Positions 1-10,955 of a stretch of 52,974 bases of DNA are shown here, in pieces. The position numbers were made by a program, and so were the translations under genes. The stretch is from Paracoccaceae bacterium. Its GTDB lineage: Bacteria; Pseudomonadota; Alphaproteobacteria; Rhodobacterales; Rhodobacteraceae. The stretch spans positions 1 through 52,974 of the forward strand of contig JALWTH010000252.1 in assembly GCA_027082975.1 (NCBI GenBank), written 5' to 3'. The notes beneath the pieces were generated by a model that saw nothing but the letters and a program-made list of their open reading frames with translations, made no database searches and was not told the DNA's origin. Every line of letters starts with the position of its first letter. The first letter of the stretch is position 1.

Positions 1-1
1 G

Positions 2-124
2 GTGGACGAGGCCTTTGTCATCTACAAGCCCACCGGCCAGATCCTCTGGGCCCTGGTCGATGGCGGCGGGCAAGGCTCGATCACCCTGCGCATCGACGGC
101 ACCGATTACGACCTGCTGGCCTGA
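2..124 (+). CDS. 3' end of a CDS that starts upstream of the window (partial, product unknown, possibly a secreted Ca-binding-type protein)
   Basis: Open frame from the window edge with strong G/C third-position bias (...ILWALVDGGGQGSITLRIDGTDYDLLA), ending at TGA 122-124. It is absent from the ORF track because no start codon lies in the window. Confidence 0.5.
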   Translation: MDEAFVIYKPTGQILWALVDGGGQGSITLRIDGTDYDLLA

Positions 125-154
125 GCCCGGGGCGCCCGCCCTTTCATCTTGGTG

Positions 155-175
155 CAAATACTCCCGCCGGAGGCA
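155..175. repeat. 21-bp intergenic repeat CAAATACTCCCGCCGGAGGCA (copy 1), followed by an AT-rich hairpin at 176-196
   Basis: Identical 21-mer at 25364-25384. Both copies lie just after stop codons between convergent genes. CGATTTTT-ctgcg-AAAAATCG follows this copy. Confidence 0.7.
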
Positions 176-259
176 CGATTTTTCTGCGAAAAATCGCTTT
201 CCCTCGCCGGGGAATGTCTGCGCGCCTGAACGCCTGTTCATCTCTCGGACAGCACTTCC

Positions 260-1771
260 TCAAAGGAAGATGAAGTTGTCATTGCTCCACTGGTCCACCT
301 CGATCGGCCCGCCATCGGCGCTTTCGATCAGCAATGTCTCGTCTGCGAAGCTGATCCTGGCGCCATTGGCGCTCCGGGTGATGGTGAGGGAAGAAATGTC
401 ATAGAGCCGCCCCCAGTCTCCCAGGTGCAGCCGGTCCACGCCGATCTGGAAATCGGTAATCCGGTCCTGCTGACCATCGGCGGTGAACACGAATACATCC
501 GCTCCGGCCCCTCCGGTCAACACATCCGCACCCTCACCGGCTATCAGCACATCCTCGCCACCGCCACCGCTCAGGTAGTCATCGCCCGCGCCACCCAGCA
601 GCATGTCATCCCCGGCGCCTCCGGTCAGGGCATCCGAGCCGGCACCGCCGGTTTGCAGCGCGCCAAGCTGGTCGAGAGGCAGCGCCAGCTGCACCAGGCC
701 GCCACTGGCACCGGACAGGAGGATCTGCACCTCCTGGCCGAAAACAGATGCCCGGATCTCCAGAACCGCGCCAATATCCCAGGCCGTGGTCTGCGCGAGG
801 CTCTCGTGGTGGAAAAGCTGCCCGCCCGGCAGCAATTCGAACAGGCTCACCCCGCCATCGCTCCCTGCCGCCACGACGAAATCTCGCCCGCCGAAAGAAA
901 AGCTGTCCAGGGCGCTGGCGCGCCCGAAGCGCGTCTCCATCGTGTCATACACGCTGTCTTCGACAAAGAAGACCCCCTGCGCATTCAGCCGCAGCACGTT
1001 CAGCGAAGAACTGCCCGAGGCGGCAAGGACGAAGAACATCTCGCCGCCGATGGAGATGTCCACCATTTCCGACAGATCCGAGACCCAGAGCCCGTCCTTC
1101 GGGCCGAGACTGTCCACCAGTTCCATGCTGCCATCGCTGCCGATCCGGTAATTGCTGATCCGGTGTTCGGTTTCTGAAATCACCACCAGATAGGTGCTCC
1201 CGGCCAGTTCGACCACGCGCAGATCGCTCACCCCGGCGACTCCCGACTTGACCGTATCGAGCACCTGGGTCACCTGTTGCGGCGTGAAGTCCGGCAGCAG
1301 CCGGTAGAGGGTCAGCCCTTCGTCTCCCCCGTCTCCCCCTGTATCGCCGGCAGTGACCATGAAGCTGGTGGTGCCGATATCGAGCGTGATCACCGCATCT
1401 GCCTGGAGATAATCGCCGGCGCTGCTTTGCAGCTGGGAGGGGGCCCCCAGCTGGGCGGTGGAGTCGTATTGCTGCAGCAGGAGATTGCCGCTGAGGCTTT
1501 CCACCGAGAGCAGGTAGCCCTGCCCGGCAAGGGTCGTCGTCAGGCCGGATCTGGCATAGGCGGACAGGCCCTGCACCAGCTCCCAGGAGGTCGTCCTGCC
1601 GCCCAGCCCACTGCCTTCGGAGAGGTGGATGCGGCTGACCGCGCCCGAAGAGGCGGAAATGGCCAGGAGCCAGGAATCCTGCCCGTCAGCGACGAATTCC
1701 ATCGCCGCGATCTCGGACAGGCTGTAGTCAATATCGCTCCACAAATGCGTGCGCAGAGACAGGTTTTGCAT
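260..1771 (-). CDS. RTX / hemolysin-type calcium-binding repeat protein with a repetitive, beta-propeller-like N-terminal region
   Basis: The C-terminal part carries GGxGxD nonapeptide runs (GGAGSDALTGGAGDDMLLGGAGDDYLSGGGGEDVLIAGEGADVLTGGAGADVFVF). The longest ORF starts at TTG 1813, and I prefer ATG 1771 (MQNLSL...). Confidence 0.8.
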   Translation of the reverse strand: MQNLSLRTHLWSDIDYSLSEIAAMEFVADGQDSWLLAISASSGAVSRIHLSEGSGLGGRTTSWELVQGLSAYARSGLTTTLAGQGYLLSVESLSGNLLLQQYDSTAQLGAPSQLQSSAGDYLQADAVITLDIGTTSFMVTAGDTGGDGGDEGLTLYRLLPDFTPQQVTQVLDTVKSGVAGVSDLRVVELAGSTYLVVISETEHRISNYRIGSDGSMELVDSLGPKDGLWVSDLSEMVDISIGGEMFFVLAASGSSSLNVLRLNAQGVFFVEDSVYDTMETRFGRASALDSFSFGGRDFVVAAGSDGGVSLFELLPGGQLFHHESLAQTTAWDIGAVLEIRASVFGQEVQILLSGASGGLVQLALPLDQLGALQTGGAGSDALTGGAGDDMLLGGAGDDYLSGGGGEDVLIAGEGADVLTGGAGADVFVFTADGQQDRITDFQIGVDRLHLGDWGRLYDISSLTITRSANGARISFADETLLIESADGGPIEVDQWSNDNFIFL

Positions 1772-1890
1772 GGCAGCATCCCGAATGACTTCGGGGCAAA
1801 ACTTGCAGGCCAACCTGCCGCAACCCGTACCGAAACGGGGCGATTTTGCGGATCATTTTTCAAATATGTGGAAAATGCGCGGGGTCCGGC

Positions 1891-2784
1891 TCAGGCCTCT
1901 TCGGCCAGGCGGACCAGGTATCTGCCATAGGCATTCTTGCAAAACAGTTCCGCGCGCCGGGCCAGCTGAGCGCGGTCGATCCAGCCCTGTTCAAAGGCGA
2001 TCTCGTCCGGGCTGCCGGTCTGCAGCCCCTGGCGCTTTTCCAGGGTGCGGACAAAATTGCCGGCATCCAGCAGGGAGCCGTGGGTGCCGGTATCGAGCCA
2101 GGCATAGCCGCGGCCCATCTGCCTTACCTCCAGCTGGCCATCGGCCAGGTAGAGCTCCAGCAGGCTGGTGATCTCCAGTTCCCCACGCTCCGAAGGCCTG
2201 ACCCGGCGCGCGCGCGCAGGGGCGCTCCCGTCGAGAAAATAGAGCCCGGTCACGGCAAAGGGCGAAGGCGCCTTCTCCGGCTTTTCGACGATCCCGCGCA
2301 CCTTGCCGCCAGCGTCGAAATCCACCACCCCGTAGCGCTCCGGGTCGGCCACCCGGTAGCCGAAGACCGTCCCGCCGCAGGGCGAGCGGTCCGCCTCGCG
2401 CAGCAATTGCCGCAGCCCCTGGCCGAAAAAGATGTTGTCCCCCAGCACCATGGCGCTGGGCGCGCCGTCGAGGAAATCCTCGGCCAGCAGATAGGCCTGG
2501 GCCAGACCGTCCGGGCTGGGCTGGGTGATATAGGTCAGCGACAGGCCCCACTGGCTGCCGTCGTCCAGGGTGCGGCGAAACTGCGCCTGATCCTCGGGCG
2601 TGGTGATGACGGCGATTTCGCGAATCCCGGCCAGCATCAGGGTGGTGAGCGGATAGTAGATCATCGGCTTGTCATAGACCGGCAGAAGCTGCTTTGAGAC
2701 GCCGATCGTGATCGGATAGAGGCGGGTGCCGGAGCCGCCTGCGAGAATGATGCCCTTGCGGCCGGTCTGTGCTACCTGTGCCAT
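1891..2784 (-). CDS. rfbA: glucose-1-phosphate thymidylyltransferase
   Basis: GIILAGGSGTRLYPITIGVSKQLLPVYDKPMIYYPL is the RmlA signature. ATG 2784 is preceded by AGGAG, and the ORF-track start at 2829 is probably too long. Confidence 0.93.
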   Translation of the reverse strand: MAQVAQTGRKGIILAGGSGTRLYPITIGVSKQLLPVYDKPMIYYPLTTLMLAGIREIAVITTPEDQAQFRRTLDDGSQWGLSLTYITQPSPDGLAQAYLLAEDFLDGAPSAMVLGDNIFFGQGLRQLLREADRSPCGGTVFGYRVADPERYGVVDFDAGGKVRGIVEKPEKAPSPFAVTGLYFLDGSAPARARRVRPSERGELEITSLLELYLADGQLEVRQMGRGYAWLDTGTHGSLLDAGNFVRTLEKRQGLQTGSPDEIAFEQGWIDRAQLARRAELFCKNAYGRYLVRLAEEA

Positions 2785-2812
2785 GCCCTGCTCCTGCGCC
2801 CCGCGCCCCAGT

Positions 2813-3664
2813 CTAACCGCCTGCGGCAAGCTCTGCCAAGATCCCGTCCAGCGCCAGGCGCCAGTCCGGGCGGTTTATTGCAAAGACCCGCTCGATCCCG
2901 GAGCAATCCAGCCGCGAATTGGCCGGGCGGCGGGCCGGGGTCGGGTAGGCCTCGGTCGGGATGCCCCGGATGCGCACCGCCAGCCCGGCGCGGGCGAAGA
3001 TCTCTTCGGCGAAAAGCTTCCAGCTCACATCCGGCGCGCCGGAGAAGTGGTAGATACCGCTTTTCTCGGGCGCCGCGGCCAGGGCGCGGGCGATGGTCAG
3101 GCAGGCCTCGGCAATGGCGCCGGCCGGGGTCGGCCCGCCGAACTGGTCCTCCACCACATCCAGCGCGTCGCGGCTCTCGGCCAGTCGCAGCATGGTGCGG
3201 ACGAAATTGCTCCCATGCGCCGAAAAGACCCAGGAGGTGCGCAGGATCGCATGAGGCCCGCCCGCCGCCGCCACCGCGCGCTCACCCGCGAGCTTGGAGC
3301 GGCCATAAGCGTTTTGCGGTGCGACCGGGTCGCTTTCGCGCCAGGGCGCGGTGCCGCTGCCGTCAAAGACGTAATCGGTCGAGATATGCACGAAGGGGAT
3401 CGCCCGCCGCGCGCAGGCCTCGGCCAGCAGGCCGGGGGTGGCGGCGTTGATCTGCGTTGCCAGCGCCTCTTCTTCCTCGGCCCGGTCCACCGCCGTATAG
3501 GCGGCGGCATTGATCACCGCATCGGGCGCATGTGTCTCCAATGCGGCCAGACAAGTCTCCGGCGCGGTGAAATCCGCCTCTGCGCGGCCCAGCGCGGTGA
3601 CCTGCGCGCGGCGCTGCAATTCGCGTGCCACCTGCCCGTTCTTGCCGAAAACGAGGATCTTCAT
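2813..3664 (-). CDS. rfbD: dTDP-4-dehydrorhamnose reductase
   Basis: [16 protein letters not shown]... has RmlD-like architecture. ATG 3664 overlaps the rfbB stop by 4 nt (ATGA). Confidence 0.9.
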   Translation of the reverse strand: MKILVFGKNGQVARELQRRAQVTALGRAEADFTAPETCLAALETHAPDAVINAAAYTAVDRAEEEEALATQINAATPGLLAEACARRAIPFVHISTDYVFDGSGTAPWRESDPVAPQNAYGRSKLAGERAVAAAGGPHAILRTSWVFSAHGSNFVRTMLRLAESRDALDVVEDQFGGPTPAGAIAEACLTIARALAAAPEKSGIYHFSGAPDVSWKLFAEEIFARAGLAVRIRGIPTEAYPTPARRPANSRLDCSGIERVFAINRPDWRLALDGILAELAAGG

Positions 3665-4701
3665 GCGCCACGCCCCAGGCGCTTGCCGACCCCGTCGCGC
3701 CCCTGCAGGGCCCGCCACCAGGGCTCGTTGTCGAGATACCATTGCACGGTCTGCGCCAGCCCTTCATCGACCGTATAGGAAGGCCGCCAGCCAAGCTCCT
3801 CGCGCATCCGGCGCGGGTCGATCGCATAGCGGGCATCATGGCCGGGGCGGTCGGCGACAAAGGTGATCAGCGCGCTGTGGGGCGCGGCGCCGGGGCGTTT
3901 GGCATCGAGGATGGCGCAGAGCTTGCGCACCAGTTCCAGATTGCTGAGCTCGTTCTCGCCGCCGATATTGTAGCTCTCGCCGATACGCCCGCGCGCGAGC
4001 ACCTCCAGCAGCGCTTCGGCATGGTCCTCCACATGCAGCCAGTCGCGCACATTCTCGCCGCGCCCGTAGATCGGGATCGGCCTGCCCGCCAGCGCGTTCA
4101 GGATCACCACCGGGATCAGCTTTTCGGGGAACTGGTAGGGGCCGTAATTGTTGGAGCAGTTGGAGAGCACGACCGGCAGGCCATAGGTCTCGCCCCAGGC
4201 GCGCACCAGGTGGTCGCTGCCGGCCTTGGAGGCGGAGTAGGGCGAGCGCGGCGCATAGGGGCTCTGTTCGGTGAACTTGCCCTCGGGGCCGAGGCTACCG
4301 AATACCTCGTCGGTCGAGATATGGTGAAAGCGGAAGCCCTCGGGCCGCCCCCGCCCCTGCCAATAGGCACGCGCGGCCTCGAGCAGGGTGAAGGTGCCGA
4401 CCAGGTTGGTCTGGACAAAGGCGGCCGGGCCATCGATGGAGCGGTCCACATGGCTCTCGGCGGCGAGGTGCATGATCGCATCGGGCCGGTGCCTGTCCAG
4501 CAGGGCCTCCATGGCGGCCCGGTCGCAGATATCCGCCTGCTCGAAGGCATAGCCGGGATGGTCGGCCACGCTGGCCACGTTGTCCAGGCAGGCGGCATAG
4601 GTGAGCTTGTCCACGTTGACCACCGCGTGGCCGCGCGCGATCGCCAGCCGCACCACCGCCGAGCCGATGAAGCCCGCGCCGCCGGTCACCAGCAGCTTCA
4701 T
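3661..4701 (-). CDS. rfbB: dTDP-glucose 4,6-dehydratase
   Basis: [18 protein letters not shown]..., with [15 protein letters not shown] as the catalytic YxxxK region. Confidence 0.95.
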   Translation of the reverse strand: MKLLVTGGAGFIGSAVVRLAIARGHAVVNVDKLTYAACLDNVASVADHPGYAFEQADICDRAAMEALLDRHRPDAIMHLAAESHVDRSIDGPAAFVQTNLVGTFTLLEAARAYWQGRGRPEGFRFHHISTDEVFGSLGPEGKFTEQSPYAPRSPYSASKAGSDHLVRAWGETYGLPVVLSNCSNNYGPYQFPEKLIPVVILNALAGRPIPIYGRGENVRDWLHVEDHAEALLEVLARGRIGESYNIGGENELSNLELVRKLCAILDAKRPGAAPHSALITFVADRPGHDARYAIDPRRMREELGWRPSYTVDEGLAQTVQWYLDNEPWWRALQGRDGVGKRLGRGA

Positions 4702-5297
4702 GGCGTGGCCCCGTAGGCAAAGGGGCTGTCGAAATCGGCGAGGCGCCCGGCGGCGGCGTCCTTTTCCGAGAGCACCGGCGCCTGTCCGCCGAGCCCCCAG
4801 TCAATGCCGATATCCGCATCGTCCCAGAGCAGCGCGCCTTCGGTCTCGGGGGCGTAGTAATCGGAGCATTTGTAGATGATTTCCGTATCCGGCGCGCGGG
4901 TCACGAAACCATGGGCAAAGCCCTCGGGGATCAGCAGCTGGCGCCCGTTTTCCGGGCTCAGCTCCACCCCGTACCAGCGCCCGTAGGTGGGACTGCCCCT
5001 GCGGATATCCACCGCCACGTCAAACAGCGCCCCACGCCCGCAGCGCACCAGCTTGGCCTGGGCGGCAGGCGGCGCCTGGAAATGCAGGCCGCGGATGGTG
5101 CCGGGGCGGGCGGAAAGCGAGTGGTTGTCCTGCACGAAGTCGGTCGTGATCCCGGCCTCGGCAAAGGCCCTGCGGTTCCATGTCTCTTCGAAAAAGCCGC
5201 GATGGTCGCCAAAGCGCGCGGGCGTGATCAGCAGCAGGCCGTCGATGGGGAGCTTTTCGATCTTCACCACATACCCCTGAAGTTGAAGCCCTTTCAT
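4698..5297 (-). CDS. rfbC: dTDP-4-dehydrorhamnose 3,5-epimerase
   Basis: [17 protein letters not shown]...GLHFQ..P..QAKLVRC is the RmlC cupin signature. The start is ambiguous (ATG 5297 or GTG 5267). It overlaps the rfbB start by 4 nt. Confidence 0.9.
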   Translation of the reverse strand: MKGLQLQGYVVKIEKLPIDGLLLITPARFGDHRGFFEETWNRRAFAEAGITTDFVQDNHSLSARPGTIRGLHFQAPPAAQAKLVRCGRGALFDVAVDIRRGSPTYGRWYGVELSPENGRQLLIPEGFAHGFVTRAPDTEIIYKCSDYYAPETEGALLWDDADIGIDWGLGGQAPVLSEKDAAAGRLADFDSPFAYGATP

Positions 5298-5338
5298 AAC
5301 CCAACTGGCAGATGTTGCAACTCCCGCCCCGGTAATGC

Positions 5339-5366
5339 GCAAAAAAACCCCGCCGCGAGGGCGGGG
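5339..5366 (-). terminator. rho-independent terminator after ccrM
   Basis: On the minus strand: CCCCGCCC-tcgc-GGCGGGG followed by TTTTTTTGCGC, about 65 nt after the ccrM stop. Confidence 0.75.
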
Positions 5367-5430
5367 TCAGTGGGTGCTGTGCAAGTCAGGTCACAGGCAC
5401 CGGCGGTACACCCTGGATTCTTGTGAGGGA

Positions 5431-6645
<1,215 letters not shown>

Positions 6646-6653
6646 TCAATGGG

Positions 6654-7283
6654 TTAACTTTTCTCTTGATACAAGATGTTGTGGACCGGCTTGAACGAAC
6701 GCCTATGATGTGGGGTCACGCCCAGATCTTGCAGCGCCTGTTTGTGGCTTTTTGATGGATATCCCGCATTTGTTCTCCAGCCATAGCCGGGGTGCTGTTG
6801 CGCCAAGTCCACCATGACACGATCCCGACAGATTTTTGCCACGATCGAGGCCGCGGCGATGGAGAGCGAGCGCGCGTCGCCCTTGGTGACCGGCTCGGCC
6901 GAAAGGCTGAGGTCGCGCGGCAGCAGGTTGCCGTCAACCAGCACATGATCGGGAATCGCCGGCAGCAGGCGAATCGCCCGCACCATCGCCAGATGCGCGG
7001 CGCGCAGGATGTTGAACCGGTCGATCTCGGCCACGCTGGCATGGGCGACGGCGACCCGGGCGCTGGCGACGATCTCGCCGAACAGCTTTTCGCGGCGCTT
7101 CGCGGTGAGCTTTTTCGAATCGTCGAGCCCGGCGGGGATATTGTCGGGGTCGAGGATCACGGCGGCGGCGGTCACCGGCCCGGCCAGCGGCCCGCGCCCC
7201 ACCTCGTCCACCCCGGCGACACGGAGAAGCCCGCGCTCCATGGCGGCGCGCTCCAGGGTGAAGTCGGGGCCGGGTCTGCTCAT
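6654..7283 (-). CDS. rnhB: ribonuclease HII
   Basis: VAGVDEVGRGPLAGPV...DDSKKL...VDG... are RNase HII motifs. ATG 7283 (MSRPGP) is preferred over 7310. Confidence 0.9.
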   Translation of the reverse strand: MSRPGPDFTLERAAMERGLLRVAGVDEVGRGPLAGPVTAAAVILDPDNIPAGLDDSKKLTAKRREKLFGEIVASARVAVAHASVAEIDRFNILRAAHLAMVRAIRLLPAIPDHVLVDGNLLPRDLSLSAEPVTKGDARSLSIAAASIVAKICRDRVMVDLAQQHPGYGWRTNAGYPSKSHKQALQDLGVTPHHRRSFKPVHNILYQEKS

Positions 7284-7318
7284 GCGACCTGTCTTGCCGA
7301 TCCCGCCCATGCGCGCAA

Positions 7319-7345
7319 CAAAAAAGGCGGGAGCGAACTCCCGCC
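7319..7345 (-). terminator. rho-independent terminator after the 7387-7830 gene
   Basis: Minus strand: GGCGGGAG-ttcg-CTCCCGCC followed by TTTTTTGTTG. Confidence 0.7.
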
Positions 7346-7386
7346 GGTTTGGTCATGAAAAGGTCTTGGTAATGGGGATGCGGCGA

Positions 7387-7830
7387 TCAGTCGTAGTAGA
7401 TGCGATAGCCGTGTTCCTGCAGGCAGCGCGGGCGATAGACCTTGGTCGTGCGCAGGTAGCCGTAGCGGTCGAAATAGCGCAGTGTGCCCTTGCAGGAAGA
7501 CGGCAGACTGCGATAGCCGCGGAAATGGTTGCGCAGGCAGGAGGCGGAAAAGGCCACGCGCTCGCCATCCGGCGTGTCGTAGGACTTGAGGCAGGCTTCC
7601 GGCAGGCGCTTGCTGCGCGGGACCGTGACGGTGACGCCATTGCGCCGCCCGGCTTCACTGGAGACGATCAGGCCGAACAGGCCCAGCGCCACCATGGCGG
7701 CAACGAAGTCTCCATGCCGGAGATGGCGGGCCTCGGCGGGCGCGGTGGAGAGCGGAGAGACGACAAGCGCCAGCGCCAGGGAAGCGGCGACCAGCGGCTG
7801 CAGGAGCTTGCGGGAGAGGGTGGTAGTCAT
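7387..7830 (-). CDS. hypothetical exported, Cys-containing small protein
   Basis: N-terminal signal peptide (LVAASLALALVVSPLSTAPAEA), strong GC3 bias, AAAGGAAAG Shine-Dalgarno sequence, and its own terminator. Confidence 0.7.
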   Translation of the reverse strand: MTTTLSRKLLQPLVAASLALALVVSPLSTAPAEARHLRHGDFVAAMVALGLFGLIVSSEAGRRNGVTVTVPRSKRLPEACLKSYDTPDGERVAFSASCLRNHFRGYRSLPSSCKGTLRYFDRYGYLRTTKVYRPRCLQEHGYRIYYD

Positions 7831-8022
7831 GGGCTTTCCTTTCGGGTTTCAGGGTGCGAGTCGCATTGGCCGGGGGCGTGCCAATGCTTGATGCCCCGAT
7901 CCTGTCCCGGCCCCGTCCGGCTAGACAATATCGGCGCCCGGTTATGAGATAACCGCCGGTTTCGCGCCTTTGCCGCCGGCTTGTTATTGTATATCAGGGG
8001 CCTGCCACCCATGACTGAGGCC

Positions 8023-8322
8023 ATGATGAAACAGCTATTACATACGGTCGCCCTGGCCACGGCCCTGGCTCTCCCCGCGCTCTCGGCGCAGGCGGGATGC
8101 TATGCGGATTACAAGGCCAAGCGCGACAACCCGCTGAAGCTCCATTACGGCGTAGTGCAGCTTCCGGACAGCGCCTGCGGCTCCACTCAGGCCGCGGCAC
8201 GCAATATTTCCCAGCGCCTTGCCCGCAATGGCTGGGTTCTGCTAAACGTGCTCTCGATCTTCGACCAGAACGGCTTGGCCCAGAGGAGAAAGAGTGCCGG
8301 ACAATATTACCTACGCTACTGA
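8023..8322 (+). CDS. hypothetical exported small protein
   Basis: Signal peptide MMKQLLHTVALATALALPALSAQA with GC3-biased codons. The start is ambiguous (8011, 8023 or 8026). Confidence 0.65.
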   Translation: MMKQLLHTVALATALALPALSAQAGCYADYKAKRDNPLKLHYGVVQLPDSACGSTQAAARNISQRLARNGWVLLNVLSIFDQNGLAQRRKSAGQYYLRY

Positions 8323-8998
8323 CATCCGCCGCTCCGGCGGGCGCGTGGTGGTCTATGGGATGATCGCGATCGTGGCAATCCTGCTGGTTGCCGCGGTCCT
8401 GCTGTTCATCAACCTGCCCGATGCCAATGCCTTCAACGAGCGGGTCGAGCAGATCTTCGTCGAGAACGACGACCTGACCTCCGGCGCCGAGATCAAGCTT
8501 CTGGAGATCCTCGCCCAGTCCGGCACCTCCTTTGCCGAGACGCTGACATCCTATCGCATGGTCATCTTCGTGCTGCTGGTCTTTGCCACCGCGATGATGA
8601 TCGCGGCGATGGTCTTCCTGCTCACCATCATCACGCTCAACAAGCGCATGGGCGAGATCGAGCGGGCCGGCATCCAGGTCTCTTCGCTGCTGATCAGCCG
8701 GGGTGAGCGCACGGTCTATCTCAACAACATGGAATTCACCCTCACCCAGGCCGCGATCGAGACCCTGAGCGTGCTGGCCGAGGCGCGGATGGACGAAGAG
8801 GTGCTCTCGGGCGCGGAGATCGAGGCGATGATTTCCGGCCGCCCCGCCGCCGATTGCGACGAGGCCGCCGGCGCGACCCGGATCAAGCGCCTGCGCGATG
8901 CGCTGGGCAACCAGCTGATCAGCGAATTGCTTGTGAAAACCATCACCCGGCGCGGCTACATGCTGGCGATCGACAAGGACGTGATCCGCATGATCTGA
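8294..8998 (+). CDS. membrane-anchored transcriptional regulator with a C-terminal OmpR/PhoB-type winged-helix domain
   Basis: Two hydrophobic helices (MIAIVAILLVAAVLLFI and MVIFVLLVFATAMMIAAMVFLLTIITL). The C-terminus (TLTQAAIETLSVLA...RIKRLRDALG...VKTITRRGYMLA) resembles trans_reg_C. GTG 8294 is preceded by AGGAG and overlaps the upstream gene by 29 nt. Confidence 0.65.
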   Translation: MPDNITYATDIRRSGGRVVVYGMIAIVAILLVAAVLLFINLPDANAFNERVEQIFVENDDLTSGAEIKLLEILAQSGTSFAETLTSYRMVIFVLLVFATAMMIAAMVFLLTIITLNKRMGEIERAGIQVSSLLISRGERTVYLNNMEFTLTQAAIETLSVLAEARMDEEVLSGAEIEAMISGRPAADCDEAAGATRIKRLRDALGNQLISELLVKTITRRGYMLAIDKDVIRMI

Positions 8999-9016
8999 GC
9001 CGGGGCACGCCCGGGC

Positions 9017-9358
9017 CTACAGATCCAGAAAATACCCGTCCACCCGGCGCCAGAAATGCAAGAGGTCGCGGGCACGGGCCGGGCTGTGGCCCATGCTCTC
9101 GATCGCATAGACATCCGCCGCCAGCAGCGCCGCCAGCTTGTAGGCAAAGGGGCCGATACCGCTGGCAGCGGTTTCCTGGCGGATCGTGTCTTCCGCCGTC
9201 GCCGCCGCACTGGTCAGGGCAAAGACAACCGAGAGCGCCGGCTCTCCCGGCCACTTCATGCACATCCTGCGCACCAGTGACCGACGCCGCTTGTCGCTCC
9301 CGGATACCAACTCTTCCAGTGCGAAGGCGATCATATCGTCGATCGGCGTATCGCGCAT
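9017..9358 (-). CDS. hypothetical protein
   Basis: 113-aa ORF with GC3 bias and GGGAG before the ATG. I recognise no family. Confidence 0.55.
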   Translation of the reverse strand: MRDTPIDDMIAFALEELVSGSDKRRRSLVRRMCMKWPGEPALSVVFALTSAAATAEDTIRQETAASGIGPFAYKLAALLAADVYAIESMGHSPARARDLLHFWRRVDGYFLDL

Positions 9359-9497
9359 GCTCCCGCTACTCGCACTCCACCCCCGTGGAAACTACCCCTC
9401 ACCCTATGCGAATTCTGCCATTCGGCCTAACAGAATCGGGGAACCAGTCTGTTTACGCCCGGAATTCGCGACAAATCCTTGCAAAATGCGAAGGATC

Positions 9498-9574
9498 TGG
9501 CGACCCCGGCAGGATTCGAACCTGCAACCTGCCCCTTAGGAGGGGGCTGCTCTATCCAGTTGAGCCACGGGGCC
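9498..9574 (-). tRNA. tRNA-Arg (anticodon CCU)
   Basis: Manual cloverleaf: GGCCCCG-TG-GCTC-AACTGGATA-GAGC-A-GCCCC-CTCCTAA-GGGGC-AGGTT-GCAGG-TTCGAAT-CCTGC-CGGGGTC-G-CCA. 77 nt, with the CCA encoded. Confidence 0.93.
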
Positions 9575-9707
9575 GCTGCAGCGCTGATAGGCGAAAAGGG
9601 CGCGGCTTGTCCATAGGCGGGGCTGCGTGATGCGGCAAATGTTGTGGCTTGTGGTTCATGGAGCCCCACCCTAACCTTTGCGAACGGACAGACCCGATGG
9701 GGACAAG

Positions 9708-10955
9708 ATGAGCGCACATGTTGCCATTATCGGTGCCGGGATCGTCGGGGTTTCCACCGCGATCTGGCTGCAGCGGGCCGGCTGTCGGGTGACGCTCGTC
9801 GAGCGCGAGGCGGCGGCAGGCGAAGGCGCGAGCTACGGCAATGGCGGGGTGCTTGCTTCCTGCGCCATCGTGCCGGTCACGGTGCCGGGCCTGATCGCCA
9901 AGGCGCCGGGGATGCTGCTTTCGCGCGACGAGCCGCTGTTTCTCAAATGGCGCTACCTGCCGCGCCTGGCTCCCTGGCTGCGCCGCTTCCTCAGCCATGC
10001 CAATGCCGGGGACACGCAGCGTATCGCTGCCGGGCTGGCGGCGCTGATCGGCGATTCGCTGGCCGAGCATCAGGCGCTTGCGGCGGGCACCGGAGCCGAG
10101 CGCTGGCTGGTGGCGAACGATTACCTCTATCTTTACCGCGACCGGACCGAATTCGAGGCCGAAAGCTTCGCCTGGTCCCTGCGCGCGGCACATGGCATTG
10201 GCTGGGACGAACTTGAGGGAATGGATTTCCGCAGCTTCGATCCGGTCTTTTCCCCCGAATTCGCCTTTGCCATCCGCATGGGCAACCACGGGCGGATCAC
10301 CGACCCCGGCGCTTATGTCAAGGCCCTGGCCGCGCAGGTGGTAGCGCGGGGCGGGCGGCTGATCCGCACCGAGGTCAGCGACGTGGTGCAGGAAGGCGGG
10401 CGGGTGACGGGGCTGCGCGCAGGCGGCGAGACGCTCCCCTGCAACGGGGTGGTGCTGGCGGCAGGGGCGTGGTCGGCGGGGCTGGCCCGGCGGATGGGGG
10501 TAAGGGTGCCGCTGGAGAGCGAGCGGGGCTATCACCTGGAGCTGATCGAGCCCTCCTTCATGCCGCGGGTGCCGGTGATGATCTCGGCGGGCAAGTTCGT
10601 CATCACCCCGATGGAAGGGCGGCTGCGCCTGGCCGGGATCGTCGAATTCGGAGGGCTCTCGGCCCCGCCCTCGCAGGCGCCGCTGGCGCTGCTCAGGCGC
10701 CATCTGCGCCAGGCAATGCCGCGCCTGCGCTGGAAGGCGGAGCAAAGCTGGATGGGCCACCGCCCGACCCTGCCCGATTCGCTGCCGGTGATCGGGCCGG
10801 TGCCGGGGCTGGCGGGCGCCTGGATGGCCTTTGGCCACCACCATATCGGCCTGACCGGCGCGGCCAGGACCGGCCGGCTGCTGGCGCAACTGATCGCCGG
10901 GCAAGAGCCCGACATATCGCTTGCCCCCTACAGCCCGGCGCGCTTCACGCGCTGA
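9708..10955 (+). CDS. FAD-dependent oxidoreductase (D-amino-acid dehydrogenase / DadA-like)
   Basis: MSAHVAIIGAGIVGVSTAIWLQRAGCRVTLVE is a Rossmann GxGxxG motif, and the architecture is DAO-family. ATG 9708 is preferred. Confidence 0.85.
   Translation: MSAHVAIIGAGIVGVSTAIWLQRAGCRVTLVEREAAAGEGASYGNGGVLASCAIVPVTVPGLIAKAPGMLLSRDEPLFLKWRYLPRLAPWLRRFLSHANAGDTQRIAAGLAALIGDSLAEHQALAAGTGAERWLVANDYLYLYRDRTEFEAESFAWSLRAAHGIGWDELEGMDFRSFDPVFSPEFAFAIRMGNHGRITDPGAYVKALAAQVVARGGRLIRTEVSDVVQEGGRVTGLRAGGETLPCNGVVLAAGAWSAGLARRMGVRVPLESERGYHLELIEPSFMPRVPVMISAGKFVITPMEGRLRLAGIVEFGGLSAPPSQAPLALLRRHLRQAMPRLRWKAEQSWMGHRPTLPDSLPVIGPVPGLAGAWMAFGHHHIGLTGAARTGRLLAQLIAGQEPDISLAPYSPARFTR

Noticed and set aside
7387-9497. 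Possible tRNA-Arg-associated genomic island
   Set aside because: There is no integrase or recombinase, I could find no direct repeat of the tRNA 3' end, and codon usage matches the rest of the window.
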